A stretch of 64,000 nt of DNA from the human T2T-CHM13v2.0 reference genome, Homo sapiens, in the NCBI GenBank assembly GCA_009914755.4, contig CP068257.2:34528001-34592000 (forward strand). The letters run 5' to 3'. Below are positions 14,321 through 28,565 of the stretch, one piece after another. The position numbers and the translations under genes are program-made. Position 1 is the first letter of the stretch. The number at the start of each line of letters is the position of its first letter. A model generated the notes under the pieces. It was not told where the DNA came from and ran no database searches. It saw only the letters and a list, made by a program, of their open reading frames with translations.

Positions 14321-15288
14321 AAAACAAATGCATGCATAAATGGTGAATTTACCAAGCTCACCCAGAAGACTTGCTTGGTAGCATACCACGTGCCCCATAT
14401 TTCGAAATAAAGGAGCTTGCATGAATGACGATTTCCAAACTTCTCTCGTGTGCTGGTAGTTACACCAAATAGCACTTTCTTCATATGGCCAACCATAACA
14501 CTGAACTGCTCCAGCTACTGCTCTTACCTGGCTGATGCCCTTCTTGCCATGAGCAGTGGCGTCCCTTGCCACCCCACCTTCTAAATACACACCTTATCGT
14601 CAATACACACCTTATCACAGTTCTCTTCCTGGTAACTCTAGCTGCCCACACCTCTGGACTTTGAGGACTCCTCTGCCGGTGGCTGAGTTTCCTCTTGGTA
14701 TCATCAGACTCTGTCATTTTGTCCACCCTCTGTCACTTATGTGTGTTAAAAGGAGCAAGGCCACTTTGTCCACCCTCTGACACTTACGTGTCCCACATTA
14801 AACTGAAATTATGTATTTAGGTACTTCCACTTTTATTAGGCTATGAACTATGAGAGTAGGGACCTTGTCTTATTTATGTTTCTTTCCCCCATGTTTAGAC
14901 ACTTAGTAGAGTGAACAGACTGTGCACCATTGGAGTATTGCGGTGGTTTAGAGATGCTGGGTTTCAGAACTGAATTTTCTGGAAAAAAAAATAATAATAA
15001 TATGGACCATTTTGGATATATCAACTTCTTAGTCTTTACTTGGCAAAAGGAACAAACTACCAGCTCTCATTACCATCTTTTCCTTAATATTTTCAAAATG
15101 TGTGAAGGCAGTTATTTCAGAAAAAGGGACAGGCCTTCCCAGGATTGAGTAGGCGGTCTTATTTTGTGGGTGGGTGTGCAAGGTGCAGTATATTTTTGCA
15201 GAGAGGCACGCATATGCAGAGGCTCTGTGGCAGGATGGGTCCGTCTTGGGGTTGGAGGGTGCAGTGACAAGTGGGTAGAGTCTTGTAA

Positions 15289-15825
<537 letters not shown>

Positions 15826-16009
15826 TAGGAAGAAGAGGCAAACAGGACTGGGGTTGAGCATGGCAGGAGAAGAGAAGGAAGAGTCTAGAATAATCCAACA
15901 GGTAAAGGGGCTACTTTCTGAGAAGGAAAAGATGGGAGAAGGAGCATGTTGAGCAGATGGAATTGAGAGTTTACTGTTGTTTTTTTTTGTGTGTGTGTTT
16001 TGTTTTTTG

Positions 16010-16286
16010 GTGGGGACAGAGTCTCACTGTGTCACCCAGGCTGGAGTGCAATGGTGCGATCTGAGCCCACTGCAACCTCCGCCTCCTGGATTCCAGTGAT
16101 TCTCCCGCCTCAGCCTCCTGAATAGCTGGGATTACAGCCACCATGCCCAGCTAATTTTTCTATTTTTAGTAGAGATGGAGTTTCACCATGTTGGCCAGGC
16201 TGGTCTCGAACTCCTGACCTCGTGATCCACCCACCTCGGCCTCCCAAAGCGCTGGGATTATAGGCATGGGCCACTGCACCTGGCCT
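16010..16286 (-). mobile_element. Alu SINE (reverse)
   Basis: GGGGACAGAGTCTCACTGTGTCACCCAGGCTGGAGTGCAATGG ... CACTGCACCTGGCC. Confidence 0.9.
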
Positions 16287-16377
16287 AGTTTTATTTTTTT
16301 TAACAGCTTTATTGCACTATAATTTTCAGCTCATAAAATGCATTCAAGTGTATAATTCAGTGTTGTTGTTGTTGTTT

Positions 16378-16500
16378 TTGAGACAGGGTCTTGCCATGTT
16401 GTTTGTGACCCAGGCTGGTCACAACCTCCGGGGCAGAAGCAATCCTCCTACCTCAACCTCTGGAGTAGCTGGGATCACAGGCATGAGCCACTGTGCCCAG
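16378..16500 (-). mobile_element. Alu monomer fragment (reverse)
   Basis: TTGAGACAGGGTCTTGCCATGTTGTTTGTGACCCAGGCTGGTCACAACCTCCGGGGCAGAAGC ... CACTGTGCCCAG. Confidence 0.7.
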
Positions 16501-17057
16501 ATAATTTCAGTGATTTTTCATACATTTACAGAGTTGTGCAAGCATCGCCATCATCCCATTTTAGCACGTTTGCCTTACCTGAGAAAGATCGCCGTGCCCA
16601 ATGGCCATTACTCCCTGTTTTCACTGCACCCCAGGCAGCCACTAACCTACTTGCCTTCTCTCTAGATTTGCCTGTGGAGGGCATTTCATATCAATGGAAT
16701 CATACAATGTCTGGTCTTGTGTGTCTGGCGTCTTCCACTAAGCGTGTGTTTTCAGGGTTCATCCATGTTGCGGCGTATCAGTATTTGGTTCCTTTCCATT
16801 GCCTCAGCGTTCCTTTGTGGATAGACCATATTTTGTGGATGGATGCTTGTCTTAGTTAATTCAGGCTGCTCCAATAAAATAGTGTAAACTAGGTATTTCT
16901 GTTATAAGTGACAGTAGTGTATTCCTATAGTTCTGGAGGCTGAGAAGTTCAAGATCAAGGTGCTGGCAGATTCGGTGTCTGGTGGGGCCTGCTTGCTGTA
17001 TCCTCACAGTGGAAAGAACAGCCAGGCTCCCTTGGGTCTCTTTAATTTAGTTTATTT

Positions 17058-17335
17058 GTTTGAGACAGGGTCTCATTCTGTTGCCCAGACTGGAGTGCAG
17101 TGGCATGATCATGGCTCACTGCAGCCTCAACCTCCCAAACTCAAGTGATCCTCCCAACTCAGACTCCTGAGTACCTGGGACTATAGGCATGTGCCACTAC
17201 ACCCTGCTAATTTTTGTATTGTTTGTAGAGATGGGGTTTCACCATGTTGCTCAGGTTAGTCTCAAACTCCTGGACTCAAGTGATCCACCTGCTTTGGCCT
17301 CCCAGGATTTCAGATGTGAGCCACTCCGTTCAGCT
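17058..17335 (-). mobile_element. Alu SINE (reverse, divergent)
   Basis: TTTGAGACAGGGTCTCATTCTGTTGCCCAGACTGGAGTGCAGTGG ... CACTCCGTTCAGC. Confidence 0.85.
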
Positions 17336-17396
17336 GGTGTCCCTTTTAAAAGAGCACTAATCCCATGACATAATCACCTCCCAAAGTCTTCACTTT

Positions 17397-17693
17397 CTTT
17401 TTTTTTTGAGATGGAGTCTTGTTCTGTTACCCAGGCTGGGGTACAGTGGCGCAGTCTCACCTCACTGCAACCTCCATGGCTCCTGGGTTCAAGCAATGCT
17501 CATGCCTCATCCTCCCGAGTAGCTGGGACAGGTGTGTGCCACCATGCCCAGCTATTTTTTATGTTTATTTTTTGGTAGAGATGGGTTTTCACGATGTTGG
17601 CCAGGCTGGTCTCAAACATCTGACCTCAAGTGATCTGCCCGCCTTGGCCTCTCAAAAGTGCTGAGATTACAGGTGTGAGTCACCATGCCCAGC
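17397..17693 (-). mobile_element. Alu SINE (reverse)
   Basis: T11, GAGATGGAGTCTTGTTCTGTTACCCAGGCTGGGGTACAGTGG ... CACCATGCCCAGCC. Confidence 0.85.
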
Positions 17694-17914
17694 CGCCAGG
17701 GAATGTATTTAGCAGTTGGTAGAGGAGGAGGAAAGAAGTTCAGAGAGGTAGATGGGAAACAAGCTCTGGCGCTGGAGGGGCCAGAGGAGTGTGTGGGCCA
17801 AGTGGAGGCTGCTAGGCTGCTTAAAGAAGTGGTCTGCCGCAGAGTGCTACTGAGAGGTAAAGTGAGGAAACAGAAAGGACCTCTGCCATTGGTGACTTGA
17901 AAGTAGTGGTGGTT

Positions 17915-18222
<308 letters not shown>

Positions 18223-19019
18223 AGTAGTGGTGGCCTGGTGAAGATTGGATTGGGTCTGGAGTGATCGGAAATTGAAGTATGAGATTTCATGAAATTTTTA
18301 TAACTGTACTGGCCTGTAAATGAAAGACTCAAGCTTAAAGAACGTGTTGTACCTTCAGTTCAGTTTCTTCCATTTACCATATTTGCCTTTTTATTTGATT
18401 GACTACATCCAACTTGTTTAGCAATCTACCCAGCTAACCGCGTTCACTCACGTTTAACTATATAGCATTGCTCTGTATTTGTCTTTCCTTTCAGACTGAG
18501 CAGTACTGGTGAAATACTATTTGTCCTCATATATCAATTAGGATTGTGGTTGGCTATAACAGAAAACCTGATAGAACAGTGGCTTAAACAAATTAGCTGT
18601 TATGTGCAGAAAACATACACCAGACATTACAGCATCCGGGGTTGGCATGTGGTGCCTTCATCATGCCATCTGGGGCTGCAGGGGCTCTGTCGTTCCACTC
18701 AGCCATCGTTAGTTTGTGACTTTCGTGCATGTTTCATGACAGGTGCAAGATGTAGCTTCACTCCAACATCATGCCTTTGTTCTAGGCAGAAAGAGGAAGA
18801 AAGGAGGACAAAAGGCTTATGCCAGGAAGTCTGCCTCCTTTCCAACAGCCTTTTGACCCACAGCTTCTACTGACATCTCATTGTCAAGAGCTGTCACATG
18901 GCCACCTAGATGCAAGGGAGTCTGGGAATTACAGTGTTACCATGAACAAAACCAGTGCTCCCTTAGTACAGAAAAGGAGAACAAGGCATGTTGGGTAGAT
19001 GCCTGCCACACTTTAAATA

Positions 19020-19195
19020 AAACAGCCAGGCATGGTGATACATCCCAATAGTCCCAGCTACTTGGGAGGCTGAGGTGGAAGGAAGGATCACTTGAGCTTA
19101 GGAGGTCAAGGCTGCAGTGACCCGTGATCGTGCCACTGCACTGCAGCCTGGGTGGCAGAGTAAGACCCTGCCTCCAAAAAAACATAAAAAGTTTA
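19020..19195 (+). mobile_element. Alu right-arm fragment
   Basis: CAGCCAGGCATGGTGATACATCCCAATAGTCCCAGCTACTTGGGAGGCTGAGG ... GCAGAGTAAGACCCTGCCTCCAAAAAAA. Confidence 0.75.
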
Positions 19196-19585
19196 GAAAT
19201 GCCATATGATGGGAGGGGCCGTGCTCATTTAAAATTACCGGCTGGCAACAACATATAGTCTAGCAGCTTTGGAGCTTTGATCCTGGAATTAATTTTGTCA
19301 GTTACTTGGAGCCCTAGCACTTCTATGCTGTCTGCTCCTGTTTCCTGTTCTCCCCCAGAATCCACGAGGGCGGGAACTATTTATCTTTCATCTCCCACAG
19401 TGCCTGGCCCAGAAGCCTTGCTAAATATTTGAACAGGATTGCCCAGTGAGTTTGTGCACAGTTGTGTTTGTGGACACGTGTCTTCTGTAGCTCTGGGTTG
19501 GGAATGATTTGTATCCCCAAATGGCTCTCTCATTTGGTTATTTTTTGATTTGCTTTTAGATACTTTTCTGCTGTGAGAATGTAAG

Positions 19586-19723
19586 ATGGATCCAGAAGAG
19601 CAGGAGCTCTTAAATGATTACAGATACAGAAGCTACTCTTCAGTGATTGAAAAGGCTTTGAGAAATTTTGAGTCCTCGAGTGAATGGGCGGATCTCATAT
19701 CTTCACTTGGCAAACTCAACAAG
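19586..19723 (+). CDS. DOP1B: DOP1B (DOPEY2) first coding exon (aa 1-46); exon spans 19560-19723
   Basis: Acceptor tgcttttAG|ATACTTTT at 19559/19560. ATG at 19586 in Kozak context gtaagATGG, with in-frame TGA 12 nt upstream. Translation [46 protein letters not shown], then donor AAG|GTATGT at 19723/19724. Recognised as the Dopey/DOP1 N-terminus. Confidence 0.9.
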
Positions 19724-19739
19724 GTATGTAGGGTGTATC

Positions 19740-20060
19740 CTATTTGGATTGCATGGAGGTGGGGACGTAATTGTCTTTTTATTATTATAAGAAATTACAT
19801 GATTATATTATTTGTATTTTATAATCTTTATATCATTACATATTATACAGTATAATCTTTATATTATTTCAAGGAAATACCATTATATATACAATGATGA
19901 TTACAATAATTAGAAAATATAGAAAAGAAAAAAACCACTCATAATTCTGTCCTCCAGTGTTACCCACTGTTAACCTATCAATGTATGTACCTCCTTCCAG
20001 CTTTTTCTGAGCATAAAAATATATATAGTGTTCGTATAGTTGAAGTCTTTTTCTTAACAA
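19740..20060. repeat. AT-rich low-complexity region
   Basis: ttattattataagaaattacatgattatattatttgtattttataatctttatatcattacatattatac... Confidence 0.6.
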
Positions 20061-20237
20061 TGTTAATGTCTAGACAAGATAAAATTTAAAATGGTCAAAT
20101 TAGGTATTCAAAGACTGTTCTTTGTATACTCCTTAGGATTTTTATTTATTTTTCTTCTTTGATCTACTTTTTTGATCCTTTTACTGCTGTCTGGTAACTC
20201 CTAGAAGAATAAAAGTTGAAATAAATATTGAAATCTG

Positions 20238-20300
20238 CCCAAAACTTGTGTGTGTGTGTGCATGTGTGTGCATACGTGTGTGCATGTGTGTGTATGGGGT
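20238..20300. repeat. (TG)n-rich imperfect microsatellite
   Basis: tgtgtgtgtgtgcatgtgtgtgcatacgtgtgtgcatgtgtgtgtatgggg. Confidence 0.8.
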
Positions 20301-20574
20301 CAGATCTAGGAAAACCAAAACTGGTCACACGTGGGCTTGACCTTGTACTCTATATCAGGGGTCCCCAACCCCCAGGCCGCTGACCGGTACCAGTCCGTGG
20401 CCTATTAGGAACCGGGACGCACAGCAGGAGGTGAGCGGTGCGAGCGAGCATTACCGCTTGGGCTCTGCCTCCTGTCAGATTAGTGGTGGCACTGGGTTCT
20501 CACTGGAGCATAAACCCTATCGTGAACTGCACATGTGAGGGATCTAGGTTGCATGCTCTTTAGGAGAATCTTTT

Positions 20575-20885
<311 letters not shown>

Positions 20886-21002
20886 TAACTAATACCTGAT
20901 GATCTGAGGTGGTACAACAGCAGATCTACAGTTTCATCCTGAAACCAACCAGGCGCCCTCCCACCCATCTGCCACCCCATCTGTGGAGAAATTGTCTTCC
21001 AC

Positions 21003-21300
21003 GTGGCCAGACGTGGTGGCTCACACCTGTAATCCCAGCACTTTGGGAGGCCAAGGTGAGTGGCGGATCACAAAATCAGGAGATCGAGACCATCCTGGCT
21101 AATGCGGTGAAACCCTGTCTCTACTAAAAATACAAAAAAATTAGCCGGGCGTGGTGGCGAGCACCTGTAGTCCCAGCTTCTCAGGAGGCTGAGGCAGGAG
21201 AATGGCGTGAACCAGGGAGGCGGAGCTTGCAGTGAGCTGAGATTGCACCACTGCCCTCCATCCTGGGTGACAGAGCAAGACTCCGTCTCAAAAAAAAAAA
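21003..21300 (+). mobile_element. Alu SINE nested in MER30-like element, with 14-bp TSD
   Basis: GGCCAGACGTGGTGGCTCACACCTGTAATCCCAGCACTTTGGGAGGCCAAGG ... A12 tail. Flanked by AATTGTCTTCCACG on both sides. Confidence 0.9.
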
Positions 21301-22036
21301 AATTGTCTTCCACGAAACTGGTCCCTGGTGCCAAAAAGGTTGGGAACCACATCTCTATATAAGTGACATATAGATGGGAGCATTATATTTTCCCATCCTT
21401 TCTTTCCCAGAAAGAAAGTGACACAGGGACTTTCAAGCGCTCAGATGACCACTACAACATGTAGGTAGATGATACCTGGGCTTAGATAAGCTGTACCTGG
21501 CTCTGTTGCTGTTCAGACAGGACCTGAGTTTGGAGCCCAAGTGCTAGGTGGGAGTTAGGAGATGTCTAACTCTACTCTGCAGATCTCAGCTCCCCAGGCC
21601 AAACACACCAGGGGAACTGGGGTGAGTGAAGAATTTCAGCAGCCTGACCCTCCAGCCCTGACAGATGGCTATCAGGCACGCTGCAGATGGGCAGTTCTTA
21701 CAGCTCGTGGCCAGTAAGCTGCTGGTCTTTTGCAAGGTATATTTACGACCTGTAAATGTCACGGCTCCGTGCTGGCTGGGGTGGATAAATGTTTCTAAGG
21801 TCTTTAAAACAGGAAATAAGAGCTTGCAAATTCTTTGGTTTTACAGCTCTATCTCAGGAATTCTCTAGGTGAATGCAGATTGCATTCGCAGACTTGCTCT
21901 GAAGGTGGATTGCTTTTTGAGGGGAAAGGGAGAAGCAGTAGAACCGCATTGAGTCCCACATTCTTCTGGATGTTTCACTTTTCAGTACTCAGCCCTCCTG
22001 GAGTCTAAGAACAGACTACTTTTTCTTTCTTTTCTT

Positions 22037-22397
<361 letters not shown>

Positions 22398-22767
22398 TAA
22401 AATTCACATAACACAAAATTCACCATTTACCCATTTTAAAGTGCACAGTTAAGTGGCCTTTAGTATGTTTACCATGTTGTGTAACCCTTACTATCTAGTT
22501 CCACACATTTTCATCACTCCAAAAGGAAACCCGTACCCATTCAGCAGTTCCTCCCCATTCCTCCCTCCCCCCAGCCCCGGTAACCACGAATCTACTTTCC
22601 CTCTCTACGGACTTTCCATGGAAATGGAATCATACCACATGTGGCTTTTTGTGACTGGTTTATTTCATTTAGCATAATGTTCTTAAGGTTCATCCATGTT
22701 ATAGTATGTGTTAGAATTACCTTCCTTTTTACAGCTGAATAATACTCTATTGTATGGGTAAGTCACA

Positions 22768-22782
<15 letters not shown>

Positions 22783-22799
<17 letters not shown>

Positions 22800-23082
22800 T
22801 TCGAGATGGAATCTCACTCTGTCATCCAGGCTGAAGTGCAGTGGCACAGTCTCGGCTAACTGCAACCTCCACCTTCTAGGTTGAAGCGATTCTCCTGCCT
22901 CAGCCTCCCGAGTAACTGAGACTACAGGCGCACACCACCACACCCGGCTAATTTTTGTATTTTTAGTAGAGACAGGGTTTCACCATGTTGGCCAGGCTGG
23001 TCTTGAACTCCTGACCTCCAGTGATCTGCCTGCCTTCGCCTCCCAAAGTGCTGGGATTATAGACATGAGCCACCGCGCCGAG
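22783..23082 (-). mobile_element. Alu SINE (reverse) nested in L1
   Basis: T22, CGAGATGGAATCTCACTCTGTCATCCAGGCTGAAGTGCAGTGG ... CACCGCGCCGAGCC. Confidence 0.9.
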
Positions 23083-23382
23083 CCACATTTTTCTTTATCC
23101 ATTGATCAGTTGATGGACATTTAGATTTTTACCTTTTGGCTATTGTGAATAGTGTTGCTATGAGCATTCATTTGCAAGCTTTTGTTTGAACCTCAGTTTT
23201 CAATTCTTTGGGGTGCATACTTAGGAGGGGCATTGCTGGGACATACGGAAACGCTATGTTTAACTTACTGAGGAGCCACCAAATTGTTTTCCCAGCAGTT
23301 GCACCATTTTACATATCCACCAAAAGCAATGCGTGAGTGTTCCAATTTCCTAACATCCTCACCAATACTTATTTTCAAGTTT

Positions 23383-23672
23383 TTTTTTTTTTGACACTCG
23401 CTCTGTTGCCCAGGCTGGAGTGCAGTTGTGCAATCTTGGCTCCTGCAACCTCCACCTCCTGGGTTCAAGCGATTCTCATCCCTCAGCCTCCTGAGTAGCT
23501 GGGGTTATAGGCGTTAGCGACCATGCCTGGCTAATTTTTTATTTTTACTTTTTAATACAGATGGGGTTTCACCATCTTGGCCAGGCTGGTCTCGAACTCC
23601 TGACCTCAGGTGATCTGCCCGCCTCAACCTCCCAAAGTGCTGGGGTTACAGGTTTGAGCCACTGTGCCCAGC
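23383..23672 (-). mobile_element. Alu SINE (reverse) nested in L1
   Basis: T14, GACACTCGCTCTGTTGCCCAGGCTGGAGTGCAGTTGTGCAATCTTGGCTC ... CACTGTGCCCAGCC. Confidence 0.85.
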
Positions 23673-23735
23673 CTATTTTCAGTTTTTTAAAAATGATAAC
23701 CATCCTAGTTGTGTGAAGTGGTCTCTCCCTGTGGG

Positions 23736-25048
23736 TTTTTTTTTTTAATTAATAATTTTAAAAAATAACTTTTATTGAGACCCCACCAGGTGCAAAACCT
23801 GTTCCTGGCGTTAAGCTCCTTCTTCCTTTGCAATTCGGTCTTTCTCGAGTGGTCCCATGAATGCTTTCTTCTCCTCCATGGTCTGGAAGCGGCCATAGCC
23901 AAACTTGGAGGTGGTGTCAGTGAACTTAAGGTCAGTCTTCTCCAGAGCCCATCGTCTGGTCTGCACCAGCAAAGATGTGCAGAGAATGAGCACTCGCTTC
24001 TTGGTTCCCACCACACAGCCTTTCAGCATAACAGAGTTATTGGTCACTTCACCATAGTGGACAAAGCCACCCAGAAGGTCGATGCTCTTGTCAGACAGGT
24101 CATAGTCCGTGGAGGCATTGTTCTTGATCGGTTTGCTGTCCTCAGTAAGGTAGCCCTGGTCAATCTTACAGATCTTCTTGTTGATCTCAGTGTGGTGATG
24201 GTCGCCTTTCTGCCCAGCACATGCCATGGAGAAGGCCACATGGTCAGGATGCCATGCCCCAATCCAGGCCACCTTGCACAGGCCTCGGTGGGTCTTGTGG
24301 GGCAGCTTCTTGGTGTGCCAACAACTGGTGACCCCTTTGTAGCCTTTGCCCTTGGTCACCCCGATGATGTCGATCATCTCGTCCAGCCCAAACGCTTGGT
24401 TCACAGGTACCTGCTGCTGTAGCCCCTCCTGGGCTCAGTCCAGCTTCTCAGCCATGGTGCCTCCGTTCACTTGGATCTCCATCAGCTGGGCCTTCTTCTG
24501 GCGCAGAGGAAGTAGGCGCGTCTGGGTGTGGGCAGCGAGGTGGGTGACTTGGCAGTGCTTCCTCATGCTGCTGAAGTCTTCTCCAGCTGCTTCTTGCCAT
24601 CCTCATCCTGCCATTTCTTGCAGTACTTGGTAAAGGCCTTCTTCCTAGATTTATGCCGGTTGTTAGAGAAACACCTTTTGCACTCATCGTTGATGTGCTC
24701 AGCAAAGATGGCCTTGAAGGTCCGGAGGCCTCAAGGGGTTTCCACGTAGCCCGCAATGCCCACAACCACCATAGGTGGTGTCTCCACAGTAGTCATGGCC
24801 TCTACCACCTCCTTCACTTTCACCTTGGATCTTGGCCTGTCGACTTCCCGTGTGATGTGGGTCATGCCAGCCTTGTATCCCAGGAAGGCTGTGACGTTGA
24901 CCAGCTTGGAAGGGTCATCCTTAGGGAAGCTCTTCACCTTCCCACGTTGCCTATTTCTTCGCTCCTATGGCAGGAAGCAGAGGGACCCATGTCTGGGAGT
25001 GGAGAACTTTCTGTGAGACATCACACAATCAAATTCCACCGGTAGAGC
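23736..25048 (-). pseudogene. Processed pseudogene (full-length retrocopy) of ribosomal protein L3 (uL3/RPL3) with poly(A) tail and 12-bp target-site duplication
   Basis: Minus-strand ORF fragments 24731..24937 and 23811..24404 are ~85-90% identical to recalled RPL3 protein: (V)[27 protein letters not shown].. and ..[73 protein letters not shown]...[93 protein letters not shown]. There are no introns. The MSHRKFS.. start is the reverse complement of 25021, and the 24404-24731 segment is frameshifted. On the + strand a T13/A-rich run at 23736-23775 is the retrocopy poly(A), and its AATAAA is the reverse complement of 23776-23781. Direct repeat CTCTCCCTGTGG at 23724-23735 and 25049-25060. Confidence 0.9.
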
Positions 25049-25147
25049 TCTCCCTGTGGTTTTGATTTGCATTTCCCTAATGACTAATAATTTTGAGCAC
25101 CTTTTCATATGCTTTTTGGGCATTTGTGTATCTTTTTGGAAGAAATT

Positions 25148-25465
<318 letters not shown>

Positions 25466-25489
25466 TTATTATTTATTTATTTATAATTA

Positions 25490-25660
25490 TCCAGCCGTGG
25501 TAGTGCTTGCTTGTCCTCCCAGCTACTTAGGAGGCTGAAGTAGGAGGATCGCTTGAGCCCAGGAGATCAAGGCTGCAGTGAGCATGATCATGCCACTACG
25601 CTGCAGCACGTAGTGCTGAGTGACAGAACAAAACCCTGTTTCAAAAAAAAAAAAAAAGAC
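25490..25660 (+). mobile_element. Alu right-arm fragment
   Basis: CCAGCCGTGGTAGTGCTTGCTTGTCCTCCCAGCTACTTAGGAGGCTGAAG ... A15. Confidence 0.75.
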
Positions 25661-27317
25661 ATAACTTTGTTAGAGTTGTTACCTGAGGATTCCCATCCCA
25701 AGGGTCTCCTCTTGGATCTCATTTCTTGTTCCCTGCTGCTGTGATTAACTGTTGAGTTTAAGCAGCCACCTTGAAGAATTTGCAAGATACGGTTGGGACA
25801 AAGGTGATGCTGTCAGTCCCTACCTCTGCTTTGCCTGAGGCCGCTGACATTCATGGAGAGCTCACTGCGTGCTAAGGAGTTGACGTGCATTATTGTATAA
25901 TACTTAAAATGTATCTTGAGATCCGTCTCAGGTTCAACCACTTGTGCAAGGCCACTGCCAGCCAGTGGCAGAGAGAGGGCTCAGACCCCGACCAGCCTGG
26001 TTCCAAGGCCCATGCTCATGAGCAGAGCCTCCAGCCTTCTTCATGTCAGTATCTGTATAGCTTACGTAAGGGGAAAGGGCTGTGCTTCTTTGCTGCCAGG
26101 GACCCTGTCTCCATCACCCAAATGCAGTAGGCGCAATTATTAGGCCCATTTTACCGATGAAGGCTAACCTACTTGCCCAGTGTCTTATGGCAACTGAGTG
26201 GTTATTATGGATTGAATTTTGGCCTCCGTGAAAGAAACCCTGGAGTCTTAACCCTTAGTACCTCAGTATGTAACTTGATTTGGAAACAGCATCTTTACAG
26301 AGCTAATCGAGCTAGAGGAGGTCATTAGGGGGTGGACCTAATCCAGTGTGACTGGTGTCCTGATGAAAAAGGGGAAATGTAGACACAGACATGCATGAGG
26401 GAAGGCACCATGTGAGGATGAAGGCAGAGACCAGAAAGATGCATCTACAAGCCAAGAAGTGCCAAAGAATGACAGCAAACTCCTAGCAGCGGGGGGAGAG
26501 GCACGGGACAGATTGTCTATGCAGCCTTCAGAAGAAAGCCGCTCTCTTGACACCTTGATTTCAGACTTAACATGAGAGAATACATTTCTGTTGTTGAAGC
26601 CACCTGGTGTGTGGCACTTCGTTATAGCAGCCCTAGAATGCTATGACAGTGGTAGGACAAGATCTGTTAACACCTCAGTGCTGGGGATAAGGCATTGAAC
26701 ACTAAGCCCCTGCTCTCATGGAAAGAAATGACGCTTTCTTGGCGAGAGACAGACGACAGATGACTGTGTGATGTCAGATGCTGAATGCTAAGAAGAAAAA
26801 TAAACTGGGGAAGTGGGGTATGGAGGAAGGAGGAGGGAGTGCTATTTTAGACAGAGAGGACACTGACAGCGTGACCTTAAAGCAGAGGTTGGGGTGAAGT
26901 GAGCAAGCTGGTGGGAAGGGCAATCTGGGGCATGGGCCTGTGTCCAAGGCATGGGAAGGGGACAGGAGTAGCCAGAGGACAGAGTGACCAGAGATACAGC
27001 AGGGTCAGGCCACTGATAGGATTTTGCTCTGGCGGGGAGGGGAAGCCACTGAGCTTCCTCCCAGGGAGGCTGTGAGCAAGGGAACCTCTGCCTCACCCAT
27101 TCCAAGAATTCCCCGGGCCGTCAGCAAGCACAAGAGCCAGTGTGGATGCCCGCACCATTAGGCCTGAGATCAGTTCCTGCCGTTACTGGATGTGGAGGGT
27201 TTGGATGGTGCTGGAGGGAGCACATCTTGATCAGCATCAGGAATACTTGGTTCTGTGAAACTTGCAACTTCTGCATTCAAGGGTCCCTGATAGGAGTTGG
27301 TATGAATAAAGAATTTT

Positions 27318-27598
27318 CTTCACTGGGTGCAGTGATGCATGCCTGTAATCCTAGCACTTTGGGAGGCTGAAGGCAGAAGGATCACTTGAGCCCAGGAGTT
27401 TCAGACCAGCTTGGGCAACATGGCAAAACCTTGTCTCTCCAAAACTACAAAAATTATCTGGCCATGGTGGTGCACACCTGTAGTCCAGCTACTCAGAAGC
27501 CTGAGGTGGGAGGATCCCTGGAGCCTCAGCCTGGAGCTCTTGCACCACTGCACTCCATCCTGGGTGACAGAGTGAGACCCTGGCTCAAAAAAAAAAAG
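27318..27598 (+). mobile_element. Alu SINE
   Basis: CACTGGGTGCAGTGATGCATGCCTGTAATCCTAGCACTTTGGGAGGCTGAAGG ... A10. Confidence 0.85.
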
Positions 27599-27656
27599 GA
27601 ATTTTTTTAAGGCTTTGGTGATCGTCACATTTCTTGGACTTATGCACAGAAATTCA

Positions 27657-28007
<351 letters not shown>

Positions 28008-28236
28008 TTAAACAATGATATAGGACACAAAAGCTTAGGGTCAACATTCTTTTTTTTAAGGTAGGTAACTAAATGTTATAATGCATAAAACTTAGATTTG
28101 GAGGAGAAGACTCATCCAGTCAACCCTTTTTTCAACTAAGAAAACTGGTTCCCAGAAGGTCTTGGTATGTCCAGCTGTAGACAGATTCTAATGGTATCAT
28201 TTTCAAACTTGCTTAATGTTTCAGCATCATTTTTAG

Positions 28237-28565
<329 letters not shown>

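Larger units (their letters stand above)
22440..25147 (-). mobile_element. Old L1 (L1M/L1P-type) 3'-end fragment, antisense, broken into 4 pieces by three Alus and an RPL3 retrocopy
   Basis: The pieces 22440-22782, 23083-23382, 23673-23735 and 25049-25147 read continuously as the reverse complement of an L1 ORF2-3'/3'-UTR region. Examples: ..ggaatcataccacatgtggctttttgtgactggtttatttcatttagcataatgttcttaaggttcatccatgtt.., ..ttgatggacatttagatttttaccttttggctattgtgaatagtgttgctatgagcat.., ..gtggttttgatttgcatttccctaatgactaataattttgagcaccttttcatatgc.. Confidence 0.75.

Noticed and set aside
23775-24422. A 215-aa ORF on the + strand overlapping the RPL3 retrocopy.
   Set aside because: It is the antisense frame of the RPL3 pseudogene. 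Ribosomal-protein coding sequence is codon-biased and often open on the opposite strand. There is no independent support.
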